A stretch of DNA of 62,881 nucleotides, counting the filler, from Nemertoderma westbladi (taxonomy: Eukaryota > Animalia > Xenacoelomorpha): the NCBI GenBank assembly GCA_032718475.1. It is 3 parts of 3 records of this genome, joined end to end, with 100 filler letters (N's around TTAATTAATTAA, not from the genome) between each part and the next. Parts side by side here need not be neighbours in the genome. Positions count along the whole stretch, not along the records: positions 1 to 27,951 come from JAUCBJ010006006.1; 2 more parts are not named here. One strand, given 5' to 3'. This document shows positions 1 through 12,803 of this stretch, one piece after another; position 1 is the first letter of the stretch, and each line of letters opens with the position of its first letter. The translations under genes and the position numbers were made by a program. Under the pieces are notes generated by a model, which made no database searches, was not told the origin of the DNA, and saw nothing but the letters and a program-made list of their open reading frames with translations.

Positions 1-235
1 CTAGTCTATGGTTATATTAGAATGGTGTTTATTCATTATTAAAGCTACGACATATCCCATTAATAAATTAATGGGTAACAAATAATGGCAAAACTATTTT
101 CAAAGAAAATCAAGAATGACTACATATTGCATCATGTTCTATGGTTATATTACATAACAACACCATGCTTACATAGCCTTACATATTTTTCACCTATCAG
201 ATTTACACATTTTGCACATGGACTGTACCTCTGCA

Positions 236-699
236 GATTAACTCCTCAGTCGTCTCAGCCTAGGCTCAGAACACTCCCCAGTTATCTCAGCCTAGTCTAA
301 GAACACTCACCTTATACATATGATGTTAGACAACCACGACTTTAGAGGGATTGTGATATTAATATGATTAATATTTCCTATTTTATTGTTTTCATATTAA
401 CACTCACCTTAGGCTGAGATGACTCCCCCTTAGGCTGAAATGACTCCCCTAATTGAGTTATAGTTCATATCCGTACCTGTGGTCTTTTCGTACTGTATAT
501 TGCAAAATAAGACTGTGTAACCTATTTTATTGAGTTATCGTTTATTGTTTTGGTTAAAAAGCTCGCCACTGTAACCTGTTCCTTTCCGTTAATTAAGAAA
601 TCTAGGGAGAAAACTGGGGAGTGTTCTCAGCCTAGGCTGAGAAGACTGGGGGTGGGGAGTCATGTTTGGTGGGGAGTTACTGTATCTCAGCCTGTTACA
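236..699. mobile_element. Degenerate non-autonomous DNA element with inverted subterminal repeats (CTCAGCCTAGGCT units)
   Basis: ctcagcctaggctcagaacactccccag (254-281) is mirrored by actggggagtgttctcagcctaggctgag (613-640). The right end reads cctgttaca, like the element at 59755-60697, and it shares the internal tttattgttttggtta...tgtaacctg repeat. Left terminus and TSD not resolved. Confidence 0.4.
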
Positions 700-879
700 C
701 TCCCACCATACAGTAGAACTGCCCGCTGACACCACGCTGTACATTAGGACTGCCCACTGTCACTTTATTGTTGTTATTGTTAAAATTGTTTAAACATAAT
801 ATCATGGAACCTGAGGTTTGTAATGTGATAGTTAAACAAAGTTAAAGTAATTATAATTAAATTTCGATTTTATTTTTAG

Positions 880-1076
880 GAGGAAATGGAGAAACGACAC
901 TGTCGATCGGTAGCTCAAACCTCGGCGGAGATGTACGATTACACGCCGATAACACCGAAACTCGAGCTGATTACGTCACTATTCGTCAAGCAATGTATCC
1001 GCACCTACACCAACGACTGGTTTCGGATACGCTATAAGTACAAGGCTTACAGCGGTGACTTCAGACACCTGCCGAG
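880..1076 (+). CDS. DOCK9: DOCK9/10/11 (Zizimin/DOCK-D) Cdc42 GEF, internal exon (N-terminal region before the PH domain)
   Basis: Acceptor ttttag ends at 879 and donor GT is at 1077 (phase 2). The translation [33 protein letters not shown] resembles the DOCK-D N-terminal motif SLFVxECIKTYxxDWHxVxYKYExYSGxFRxLP. The symbol denotes the family, not a specific paralog. Confidence 0.85.
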
Positions 1077-1846
1077 GTTCAAATACCAATATTATAAATA
1101 AACTATAATAGGAAATGGCTGAAGGTTTTCATTTCAGACATTTATAAAATGTTTTAGTTTCATACCACTAGGGGTAGACTGGAGAACTGCCTAGGGAATA
1201 CTGTCCCCACATGGTATGTGTATCTGCGTTTATTAGCACCTGTATCTTGAAACGGATAACAACATTTTGTTATTATATATTATTTAATAATGATATGAGA
1301 GATGGTTTTTCACTTTCCGACTTGTACATAAAGTATAGGAGAGGGGTAAAAGCACTGCGGGGGGGGGGGGGTGTGGTGGGTAGCTCAGTTGTTACAGTAA
1401 CTGTAATTAATATATAAAAGATATGAATTTAATTAATATTCCTAATCATTGAAATATTAAAGCTAATAATTAAGCATTCAGAAAGCCGATGACTTGACAT
1501 GATGTAACAAAATCACGTTCGCCATTGTGTGAAGAGGGCAGGGCACCTGCGTTAATGACCTTTGAATATTTATGTAAACATACTCTCGCTGCGCTCGCTC
1601 GGTACATTAATACACTCGGGTTTTATAACGCTGAAAAGTGTTACAATGATGTAAATAGTTATTTTTAGTTTGACTTTACGTGTGACATGGGTGGTGTAGC
1701 CATTTTCTGTGCGGTAGAACATGACCAATTATAAAGCGTGACTTTTTATGTCCCCAAAAGGGGTGTCAACTGTCGGTTTAATGTACAGTAATACTGAAAA
1801 TTTAGCAGTAATTTGTGTTACTAAATTTGCTTTTATTGCCTTTTAG

Positions 1847-2038
1847 ACTTCGTCAACCACTCAACCTCCCGCTTCAAGTATTCGAGATCGACAAGGTGGA
1901 CGATATCGAACAGAGCAATGCCGCGGATCTGTTCAACGCTTCTTCCGACGGTGTGGAGAAACAAGGTTATCTGTTGAAACTTCCTTTCGGTAGCGACTCT
2001 AGTATAATGGGGGTCACGGTAAAGGCCTTCAAACGCAG
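1847..2038 (+). CDS. DOCK9: DOCK9/10/11 exon, start of PH domain
   Basis: Acceptor ttttag at 1846 and donor GT at 2039; phases 2/2 join in frame. LPLQVFEID...GVEKQGYLLK...VTVKAFKRR matches the DOCK-D pattern LPxxVxExD...GxxKxGWLxK...SFKRR. Confidence 0.85.
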
Positions 2039-2320
2039 GTTAGAGAAACTATTAAAATATATTAATTTATATTATTTCATTTTCTAAATAACTTATAAAC
2101 ATTCAGGGTCTTTTAGTATCAAATACCTTATGGTAATTATTATTATAATTATTATTTTTCATGCTCTTTAGATGAAGATTCATGATTTATTATTTCACAT
2201 TAAACCCGGCGGATGAAAAATTAGGACTTAAATATTTCGCTGCTGTAATTACTGAATTATGGTTTAAAAGTTCGATTTGAAATATTATTCTGTATCTTTA
2301 ATGTAAAATTTGTTTTCAAG

Positions 2321-2450
2321 GTTTTTTCATCTCTACCAAACGACAGCTATTGGCGGGAAGAAGACATACATTCTAGACTATTACAAAGACGAGAGATCGC
2401 TTGAGAAGAAAGGCAGCATCGATCTGGACAGTTGCACCCGTCTAGTCAAG
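2321..2450 (+). CDS. DOCK9: DOCK9/10/11 exon, PH domain middle
   Basis: Acceptor ttcaag at 2320, donor GT at 2451. RFFHLYQTTAIGGKKTYILDYYKDERSLEKKGSIDLDSCTRLVK matches the DOCK-D pattern RFFHL...YxLxxYKDEK...KGSIxLDSC. Not in the ORF track because it lacks a start codon. Confidence 0.85.
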
Positions 2451-2642
2451 GTTTGTTACCGGTAGAGGCGTATCAAGGGACCCGGCCATGTAATTAATAC
2501 CTATTTCCATCGCATCTTTTATTAAAAAGTTTGAAATTGAATCATCACTGCCGATCTGAATGGCCATAGATATCCGGACAGTTGCGGATATCGGATATCA
2601 ACAAGTCGATATCCGATTTGTTGAACTATTTGTTGTTAAATT

Positions 2643-3251
2643 GCCGTAGCTCAGTGGTTTGTCTGGTTCTAATCCGGCCCCAGCTCCAGGCGTTGTTTGT
2701 TCGAATCTATGGAAATCCATAATAATAGCAAATCATGCATCTCAATTTGTGTGCGACCTGCATCTGGCTGCAGGGGTACAGGACATGGCCCGGCAGATGA
2801 GCTGCATAGCCAATGGTGGGTCATGTGCATCATGGTAGGTATGGGTGATGGGCCTCATATCCGACTCCACTGCGACACCCACCCTGTGGAATGGCAAACC
2901 AGCATGCGGTATTTGCCCCGAGAGCTGACTCGGCAAAAAAGCGCCCCCAAGTCCCACTATTCATTGCTTTCGCCGTGAGGACCAGCCAGTGCATAATCTT
3001 GTGCTTTGGCAGCTTCATGGAGTGAATAAGCATGGTGGACAGCCCATGACTTTCTTGAGACGCATCTTAAAGGACACTGGCTGACCTTGAAGATGCGGAT
3101 GATCTAGCAAATGTTATGGGTGACAGGTAGTTGTGGCGGCGCAACCTTGTCGACAAGCCGGCACAGCATTTTTAATATATATGTAATTAATATATATAAT
3201 GCAGCTGCAATGCAGCATGCCGATCGTAGTAGTAGTAGTAGTAGTAGTAGT
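2643..3251 (+). mobile_element. tRNA-headed SINE with RTE-LINE-derived 3' part and (TAG)n tail
   Basis: A-box-like TAGCTCAGTGG (2647-2657) and B-box-like GGTTCTAATCC (2665-2675). Region 2963-3225 is nearly identical to the reverse complement of the LINE 3' end at 59165-59413. It ends in (tag)n. Confidence 0.65.
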
Positions 3252-5715
3252 ATAGGGGATCTAATATATTTGCTTTACCTTGACACATTTAAATTTTCGA
3301 AGACAAGACGATTAATTTTATTTAAACACGTTTATTATCAAATAAATATATATAAATAAGTTATATTAGTAAACGGCATATAATTAATAAACACATAATA
3401 ATAGCTAAAATTATATAAAACGAACGTGGTTCAATAAATAGCGTTGTAACATACAGCTTTGCATCGGAACTGTTTGGTGGTGAGCACAAAAGTATCGTAA
3501 AATACAATAAACAAATCACACAAAATACGAAATGAAAAACAGTGATAAACATTTAAAAGTACAGTAGCTTATGTATTATACAGTATAATTATTATTTAAT
3601 TTTGCGAGGTAATTCATATCACCAACACTTTTTTACTTTGTTGGTTTATTTGGTTAAGTCAAACAGAATTTCAGGGCTGCCACTCCAATTCAGTTTCAAT
3701 TGTATATAGAATATAGAATATAGAATGAATAAGAATATATGATATTGGCCGCTTTATTTTATTCCTGACCGCTTTATCATGTTCCCAAAAACTTACATTG
3801 AAATAATTAGCGAGTCATTCACGTCAAACTACCGTCACAGACCAATTATTACTGACAAAGAAGCGAATAGAGTGCACATGGGCCTACTGTATACTGCACA
3901 TACCGGTACTGTATATACAGTAGGCCTAGTTAGCGTGTACAGTATGTGAGCTTATATGTGAGGAAATGCGAACAGAGAAAACTTTACAAAATTTCGCCTA
4001 GGACGCATAAGCTGTATATATCAAATTCCCTGACTTTAGGCATACAATACTTTTTCAGGTGACGTCATATTCAAATTGTCAGTAATTATTACAGGTCTGT
4101 GGCCAACGTGCAGTAGAACCTTAGGCCACCATGAACATCTACAATCTTACAACTGGGTCGCACTCCATATGGTTGTGTGTGAGAGTTAGATTATTGGCTT
4201 CCGATATACGCACTACACATCACAGACATTTGAATACAGCCCTAGTACAATAATTACGTTCGCTGTTGGCTGCCAGTTCTGACTCGACCCACAAAATTTT
4301 CAACAACTCTTAAAATCAACAACAAAAAATCAACAACTCTTAAACGCTTCATCAATACATACTCTATTGTCACTAATGTCACTACTATGTTAGAATATTA
4401 CAGGGTTATGTCATTAATTAAAATTACAGAAAGTATACGTGTTAATGTTGTTAAGGTCAAAATATCAAGATTAAAATAAAATAAATTTAATCGTTTAGTT
4501 TGCACTGTTAACTTTAATATTACTCCTTTCATTCAAAGTGTTTGAGGTAATTTATTTTCATTCCCTGCAATGGTTGTTGACTGTATCGTATACCTACAGT
4601 ATGAGTATTGGTTAGCAATACAGCAACACATTCCAAAATGTATTATTATTATGTAATGAAACAGCGACAAATAATTGGTGCTAACAAAAACTTTCTGGTT
4701 GTCAAAAAATTAACAATGCAAAATAAATTTACGAATAGGACGATAAATAATTTTAGAACAATATTTTCACAAAAATACATTATACATTACTCATTATCCT
4801 TCTACAGTATATCCCTCCTTACGAACTTTATTACTCGCTTCGCTCGGTTGGTACAATATATAATATATCGAGACGAGCATATACATAATGAAAATAATGT
4901 TATATTTCCCATGTAATAAATAAAACTAAGAAAAATAGCAGATAACATTTAATGACTTTAAAGTTTTTAATTAAGTTAATAATTTATTAAGTTTATTATC
5001 AATCTGTTGTACAGTAGGCCTGGAGTATAATAATTAATTAATTAAATCCATCTTACGTACTGTATGTTATTGCTAAAATAAATTTTCCAACCTCAATCTC
5101 TCACCTTACTAAATATTATATTAATGTAGGCCTATTACATTTTGATGAAATAGTATAATTTTACTGAAATTATGATGTTTTGTTGAGAAATTGGTACTTA
5201 GGTTTGGTGTTCACATTGACAATAATTGATTTTCCAGTAACAAAATAAAGAATGTTAATAATAAAAAGGTACAGTTACAAAGCTAATTGAACATTTAAAT
5301 TTAAGTGGGAAAATAAATAAATATTTATTGTGATTATATATAGAGAATATTGTTAGAAAGAAACTAATAAAATAAAAATGGCAGCGTAATTAATAACAGA
5401 GAGAGTTTTAATAATCAATTCTAATATTTCTTTATAATACTTTCTACTTACTTATACAGTTACTTATGTAATTCTCATAAGAGTTAGTAAAGTAACCTTT
5501 CATTTCTAATTTCATTTATCATTATTTTATTATACAAATACTGAGGTAAAAACTTAATTATCTAAAATTCGCACAATTAATAGTGATGATTAGTATTTCC
5601 CTGCACTATAATAAAATAATTACATAGTAATCGTAATAAATGAAGTACAGTATGCCTAAGTCACTCATTGCCGGGTCTGAAGGACTGCATTATAATTTTG
5701 ATTGAATTTGATTAT

Positions 5716-8700
5716 CTAAGCTATATGAGAGGAAGTTGAATCACTGTCTATACTGTTAGATCGTTTTGCTGCTTCTTGAAGTCTTTTAACCATGTTAAGC
5801 AATGGATCTTGTGGTTCTTCTACTTCCTGGCTTGCATAAACGCGTTGAGGGGGGACCACAGTGTCCTCAGTGAATCCGACATCTTCAGAGTGAAGACCAA
5901 TTAGTGATGAAAGACGCGCTGTGTCGGACCAAGGGTAGGTTTCTTTGACCCACAGCATAGGGTCAGTCCATGCGCCTTTTTTCCCATACCTCTGTAATCC
6001 TTGGCGGACTGCCTCCCGCATATACGGCACGACGGAGTAATTCCACAGGTTCTGAAACCAGGATTGCGATCCAGCCACATCGGTTGGACACGGGCCGAAT
6101 AAACGTGGGCCTATTGTTACCTCTGTGCTGTTGTGCTGTTCTAGGATTTTGTTGAGGTGTGACCAAACACGAGGCATCCATTCCATCACGGATTCTAGGT
6201 CATTGTTTCGATTGCCAGTCTCGACTTCGTGTTCTACGAGTTTTCGTCGCAATGCCCTCGACAGATACCCACTAACGGGTTCGTGTTGTGTGGAAAAAGG
6301 AATCCATCTAAAATTGTGGTGGAGAGTCACACTGGTATGATGGTTCATTGTTCCTAAGATGTACAAATTGTCAGTGCAAGCTTTATCAAGAACACCATTA
6401 AATGCGTGATCAATGTCATTGAGTCGATGCAAACTATCGAGTATGACAACAACTGGTTTCAGTGCGGCTTCTTCAATTGCATTCCGAATCAGCTGCCTCA
6501 ATTCATTTCCTGATTTGTGATCAACATTCATTTGCCAAATTGAGGAACTTTGCAGTTCCGAACCCCTCCTCAGTATGATATGTTGAGCCAACTTTTTAGC
6601 AAAGTATGTTTTTCCTGTTCCACTTGGACCATGTAAGATTACACGTTTGTGTTCCAGCAATGTGGCCACGTATCTTGCCACTATGGGGCGAGAAATAAGC
6701 GTATCAAAACTCAATGCATCCTCCATTGCCAGTGTGTGGTTGTGGGGATATATAGTAATTCCTTCACCATTATTTCCTAAGTAATTGTACGGAAGGATAT
6801 CAAGAGCATTATCGCCACTGTACCTATTGAGTTCTCCCAATGTATAACTGGCAATGCTGTCGCTTGTGAGACCTAAGCAATTAGCCCCATCTATGTGGAG
6901 CATATAATCACAAAACATGTGACTCACAACAGAGTCAACAGCTTCCCAAGTCGACCTTGGACCAATACCAACACATCCAATAGTAATGCGCGAGTTACCA
7001 GTAGTTGAAGCAGAGACATACAATGAGAGTCTCCGGTTTGGCTGGCCGCCTCCTAGCTCCAAATCGAGTACCATATCTAATGTACTTTCAGTAGCACTTA
7101 GCCGTCGTTTTGGTGAATATGATGTTATTGAGGATGTGCTTCCACCCATGTTATTAGGCATATGTCTTTGAAGATTTTCATTGTCTGCTCTGAGTTGTTG
7201 CATTTCATGTCGCAGCTGGGAGACTTCGTCTTTCATTTGATCCAGTTGATGTGCAGCACTCAAGGCCTCCAATCGTGTTTCCGTTAACTTTAAATCTTTA
7301 TCTTTCAGTTGGGATTTGAGTTCTGCTACGCTTTCGGCATTGTTTGGGCCTGGGAATAGGCACGATGTGGAACTGGATGGTTTAAGATTACCTGTTCCAG
7401 TGTGAGTTGGCGAGTTTGGTACAGATAACCCATCTGTATCTTCAATGTCAGACTGGCTAGACATTCTTTCTTGAGATTTCTTCTTTGAGAAAGGAGATCT
7501 AAATGAAGAAAGTAACCATCCACGTTTCTTCTTTTTCTTGTGCTCTGGACTCTCCAGCCAATTGGATGTGGAACCTGTAGTTGACATGGAGTCGATACTG
7601 GGGTTGCGTTGGTGTTTATCAGATGCTATGGAACTTGAGTCAAATGAACTCATTGAAGTGCTCATGGCTACATTGTGGTTGTATGAGGGTGAACTGGCTC
7701 TCCTTGAAAGACTTGAATCCCACTGACCTTGCTGTAATTGTTCAATGGTTCGACGTAGGTCTAACAAAGTCAAGTCCTTTTCACTGGCTGTTGATGATAG
7801 TGTTTGTAGTTTACTAGTCATTGTTCCCAATGAATGTTCGAATGCAAACACCAACTGTGCATTGTGTTTAAGCTCTTCAGACATGCGTTGAACTTTCATC
7901 TGTGAAAGCTCAAGTTCATGTCGTAGTTTTAGTATATCCTCTGAATATAAATTGCTATTGTTTGTTACATTTGTTAAATTTGTTGAATTAGATGATATAG
8001 ACATCTGTGATCCGCGGAAATTATCATCAGCCAAGGACCTTATTCGGTCATCCAATGATAATGAGCTATAGTTACGAAGGCTTTGGGAATTGTAGCCATT
8101 GGGCATTTGTAAATATTGGTTTGCATCGAGCCCAGTCCCCGCATATGAGTACCTCATATTTAAGCCGTTTTGCCTTGGATGTAAAATAGCTCCATTCGGA
8201 GGGACTTTCAATAGTTCATCTTTATTATACAGTGGCAATGTTCCATACTGGTGTGCCGGTAATTCTAAGCTCGACTTCAAAGTCTGATATCTTAGCAAAG
8301 ATTTTGCTGCAGTTCCGTAGTTTCTCATTGCCAGATAGGCATCCAGGTTGCGCGGATCACTAAGACTTTGCATGTCAATCGGCATCTCATCGTGTCCATC
8401 AGCAGTATAAATTCTCTGCGGATATGCCTTCAAATTATGTAAAAAAGAATTTTGTTGACCCAAATAGGGAGATCTTTGACTCTCAGAGTTAATATATTGA
8501 TTATAATTACCGTTGTTATATAGTGCTTCATTTTCAGAGATGTATGGTTGAGACAAAGGTGTTAAACTAGACCTAGACAGTGACTCTAACATTGTTTTAA
8601 TATGTGCTGCATTAGCTTTCTTAGCTCTGCCACCTTTAGGGCTGTTTGGTGCACTCCCTAGTTTACACTCATTGGGCTTTTTGTCTATCAATAATTCAGT

Positions 8701-11700
8701 ATCACTCATAAATTTCGAATCTGGAGACTCAATATCCGACACAGATGTGCCATATTTATGTGCTCTTTCTCTCTTTGGTAAGGGTGGTGGAATTTCCATG
8801 TTCATGTCCAATTTCTTATTGGTTAATTTAACTTTAGCATGTTCTGGAATTACATCCAATGTTAGACATTCTTTTACATCTGAAGAAAATTGAATTTCTG
8901 AAGTGTTTGATTCGGGCGACTCTGATTTCTTTTCATCCATAATCATTAATAAACCAGGCCCATCATTAACAGAATTCTCAGATACATTAGCTACGCTAAT
9001 TTCCATTGTATCTTCATCTGATTTTATATTATGTTTATTCACATTATCCAGTTGGTTGTCACTTACAGGTTGTTGACATTTTGATTCTTCAATCAATTTC
9101 ACAGGAGACTTCTGTTGAGCATTTTTATCTGCATTTTTATTTGTATTTTTATTATTTTGCTTTTCTGTAACTTTATTTCCACTGTTTGGAGATGGTAATT
9201 TTGACATCACTTGCTTTTTACTATTAGGCGGTTGTAATCCTGAAATCCGCCCCCTTGGAGATATCTTACTTTCTTGCACTTGTTTGGTGCTCGCTTGGTT
9301 GGCCTGCTTTGTGGTAGCCTTTGTCACCTGATTTGGGGAAGGTAGTTTGCTCTGTGATTTGTGTTCTGTAGGATTAACACGATTTAATACATTAGGTTCT
9401 GGGGTCCTTTGTCTGCTAGGTGGACGAGAATTATCCGGAGTTTGTTTACCTTGTGGACTCTCTTGTCGTTGTGATATATTTACATGCACACCTGGTGGTT
9501 TTATACTTCCACCAGGTGGCTTTATGCCAGAATGTTTAGCAGCTGATCCCGCATTACCTCCAGGAGTTGTGGTTTTTCGAAAACCAAACTGACCTGGTTG
9601 AGGAGATTTTCCTGAAATTGCGGATTTCTTGCCATCGACTTTCTTTATAGGTTCAGGCAATTTTCTTGTGTTAGTGGCAGTCGGCTGGTGAGTGGGACTC
9701 GAATCAGTTGACTGAGGCATCGGCGATACTCGAGGACTTTCTGTTCTGGAAGAATCACTATCTCCACTTGAAACTTTACTTCCAATAGCTGAAGGTTTCC
9801 TCAATTTTGTCTCCAGGCCTCTGTTACAATTTGAACCGGGTTTATTAACAGTTGATGGCTCCTGTATTTTACTGGTTGCGTTTTTCCAATGTGAAGTACC
9901 AGTGTCTGGTTTGCAGCTATTGGTAGTGTTAAGTGATTTCAATTGAGCCACAGCTGAAGTCCTTTTGACAACCTCGCTGGGTGGTTTTAATTTTCTTGCA
10001 CTTCCTTGGCTGCAGCTGGTTACTTCAGACTGAGTAGATTCAGTGTCGGTGTTATCATTGACAGCTTCTTCCACATGATCAGAATCAAATGTTTCACGAA
10101 GTACTGTTAATTTTTGTTTTGGTGCTCTACTTAACATCCCACCATCACTTAAGTAACCAGAGTTGCAGTTACTAGTGATATTACTTCTAGAATTAGATTG
10201 CATATCCCCATCGCTCAAGTACCCATTGATGCCATCTCCATTACCCACAGTAGACAGTTCACCATTATTCGATGCTCTAGGGATGCCCCTGGCAGCTATT
10301 TGCGGTGACATTCCAGCGCTATATCTAGGACCTGGACCAATAAACCGCGGTCCACCAGCACACAAGGGAGCCATACCAGTACCCCCATCATGCTGCACCC
10401 GAGTTGCTAAAAGACTAGTGGCTGGCATCCTGGAGAACTGGAAAGGTGGGACCCGTTGTTGGTGGTACAGGGGGTTTATGCTACTCCTCAATCCAGGCGA
10501 TGGGCTCATATGCACTGTTGATGGGTGCTGATGATATTCTGTTGTAACTTGGCTGTCAAAAGTTGTTTCTGCGCGGCTCCCATATGCGGGTTTCAAATGT
10601 CTGTTTGATTCTTCAAGATTCCTGCGGATCTCTGCCAAGGCTTTGGAACTAAGAATATTGTGTTCACCATTAGTATTCCTTGCGTCTGATCCCCTGTCAC
10701 CCCGGCGTAGTAAGGGGCTGTCCCCGGGTCGCATTAAAACACTCTCTATGCTGCTACTAGTCGCTGAATCCAAGGTTGAACTGTTTAAACTAACTGTAGA
10801 AGACAATCGTTGCCGATCAAGTGCATTCAGCATGACCTCTGGTGTGGCGGGAGCAACTGTTCTACCGTCATACAGTTGTGGATGCTCTTCCATTGGGCTG
10901 TTTTCAGGGCAGTGAATGACTCTGCTTCCTGGACTAGTTCTTTGAGGAGCAGTAATTCTCTCGATACTCCGCCCTTCTGGGCTTGTATTCACTGCGATCT
11001 CTCGCGTCTCAACTCGTGTTCCACTATCCAAAGAAGCGTTGGAGGACAGACTATCCCCAATGAGCCCGCTAGATCGTTCGTCAGCACTGCTGTCTGTTTC
11101 ACGTCGATCCCTATTAGTTAGTACGTTCGGGTGGCCTTTCTCGCTCTTGCTTCTTACAATTGACGGGTTTTTGCTTGGGATTCCGCTTTTAAAGAAGCGG
11201 GAAGTATCATTCCTTGCACAGAAGTCACTCCTAGCAGATCTAAGAGATGGAGTGGGACTAGGTGTACAGCTTCGGGCAGACTCTGTACTATACCGTTTGA
11301 TATTTGCCGAGTCTGACCTTTGAACTTTGCAACTAGAAGGTGCGGAGTAACTAATTCCTTTAGTTTTATCTTCTCGTTTGCTGAGTTTAGGAGTGACAAC
11401 TTTCCCTAAAGATTTTAACTTTAAATTTTTATGTGCTGATTTATCTTCTAAAGAACCTTCTTCTTTGGATGAGTCACTGTCTTTTCTGGAATGATTTTTT
11501 CCAAATAGTTTCAGTTTATCGAGCATAGAGGATTTACCGCCTTTACTAGACCCGTTTGACGCGCTACTTTTGGAGGAAACGGAATCCGCAAGAGATTGGC
11601 TACTTGTTGTCACAGTTACCTGAGATGGTAACGCAGGGCTAAGTTCCTGGGGTGTAGCGAGTCTGGAGCCGGTAGGTTGATATCGAGTAGGACTGCAATG

Positions 11701-12031
11701 GTAGGTTGGGCTGTATTGGTCTAAGGAGGTACGATCGAACTCGTTGGGCGTAGTTGGTCCGTTGCTAAGGGACGGCGAGTAGCGTGGGATCCCGACAGTT
11801 AGGTTGGGGCTAGCCACACGGTAGGGTGTGTCGTGGTAGCTGTGCGCGACGTAGGGTGGGCCAACACTGTTAACACCAGGGTGATTGTGTTGGGGGTTAT
11901 GGTAACGTTGTTGGTATTGGGGGGCAGTGGTAGATGTAGTGGTGTAGTCTTGTGGTTCTCCTGGGTAGGGTGGAGGGGCGTCTGTATAGGGTGGTGCCGG
12001 TGCACTGATTGGAATAATGCCTTCAGGTAAT
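5716..12031 (-). CDS. NAV: Neuron navigator / UNC-53 / Sickie, exon 2 (6316 nt): Ser/Pro-rich region, coiled coils, AAA+ ATPase
   Basis: The 2033-aa ORF extends upstream without stops to acceptor tttcag at 12032. Hallmarks: GYLSDG repeats, coiled coil LRHELELSQMKV...LVFAFEHSL, KKKKRGWLLSSF, KDLKLTETRLEALSAAHQLDQ, Walker A GPSGTGKT, VVVILDSLH, HHNFRWI, VTIGPRLF, C-terminal DPLLNM. Confidence 0.95.
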
Positions 12032-12612
12032 CTGAAATATATTACAAATATAAAGATTAATAAATATTTAATATTATTAAGTTAATAATAATAATAATCA
12101 TATATTAATTAATATAAATTAATAAGAAATTTATCTACAAATATCAGCTCAAACTCCACGCAATGAGACAAACCTGTAATTCTGGGATCAGCAATTAGTG
12201 GATTTCATTTGTGAACAAATTGAGTTTTAAATTACTTCAGAAGATTCCCAAGTTCATGCACCTGCTATGTACTCTTTAGTCGAGCCTCTCATAACTTAGA
12301 GGAATTATACAATTTCTGATCTCCGCTTTTTATGTTTTTTTTCTGACCATAAATCTTCATGTCTAAATTCCAATCTCTCGTTTATTGTTTTGTTTTCATT
12401 CACCCGCATGTCTCTGTAATAAACCTTATTCACTAACCCGCATACTGAAATACCAAGAACTGAAATTTATGGTTGAAAAAAGTAAAATTTAGGGTCAGAA
12501 AAAGTACAAGAGTCATGAAAATAGTTAAGGTCAAGAAAAATATTTTGCGTAGTCTATAAGCATTTTGCAGATTCTCACGGTATCAGGTTTAAGGCAAGTG
12601 TGATATTTCATA

Positions 12613-12803
12613 CATTGATTGGCTAAATCTGTTTAATGAACCTAGATTGATTGGCTTATCAGTCTATACAACACCTAGATTGATTGGCTTATCAGTCTAT
12701 ACAACACCTAGATTGATTGGCTATTCTATTTACTCAACAACACAACCCACATTGATTGGCTGTTCTGTTTACTTAACAAAGCAACCCACATTGATTGGCT
12801 GTT
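12613..12803 (-). repeat. Short tandem repeats around ATTGATTGGCT at the NAV exon 1/intron boundary (39-nt duplication plus 33-nt repeats)
   Basis: caacccacattgattggctgtt occurs twice 39 nt apart; cctagattgattggcttatcagtctatacaaca occurs about 2.5 times. Confidence 0.8.

Noticed and set aside
2643-2680. tRNA gene (also the B-box at 49480-49490, minus strand)
   Set aside because: No cloverleaf; the boxes are SINE heads, and the second is cut by the gap.
5963-11399. Many short ORFs overlapping the NAV exon
   Set aside because: They are antisense or alternate-frame shadows of a long coding exon with no recognisable motifs.
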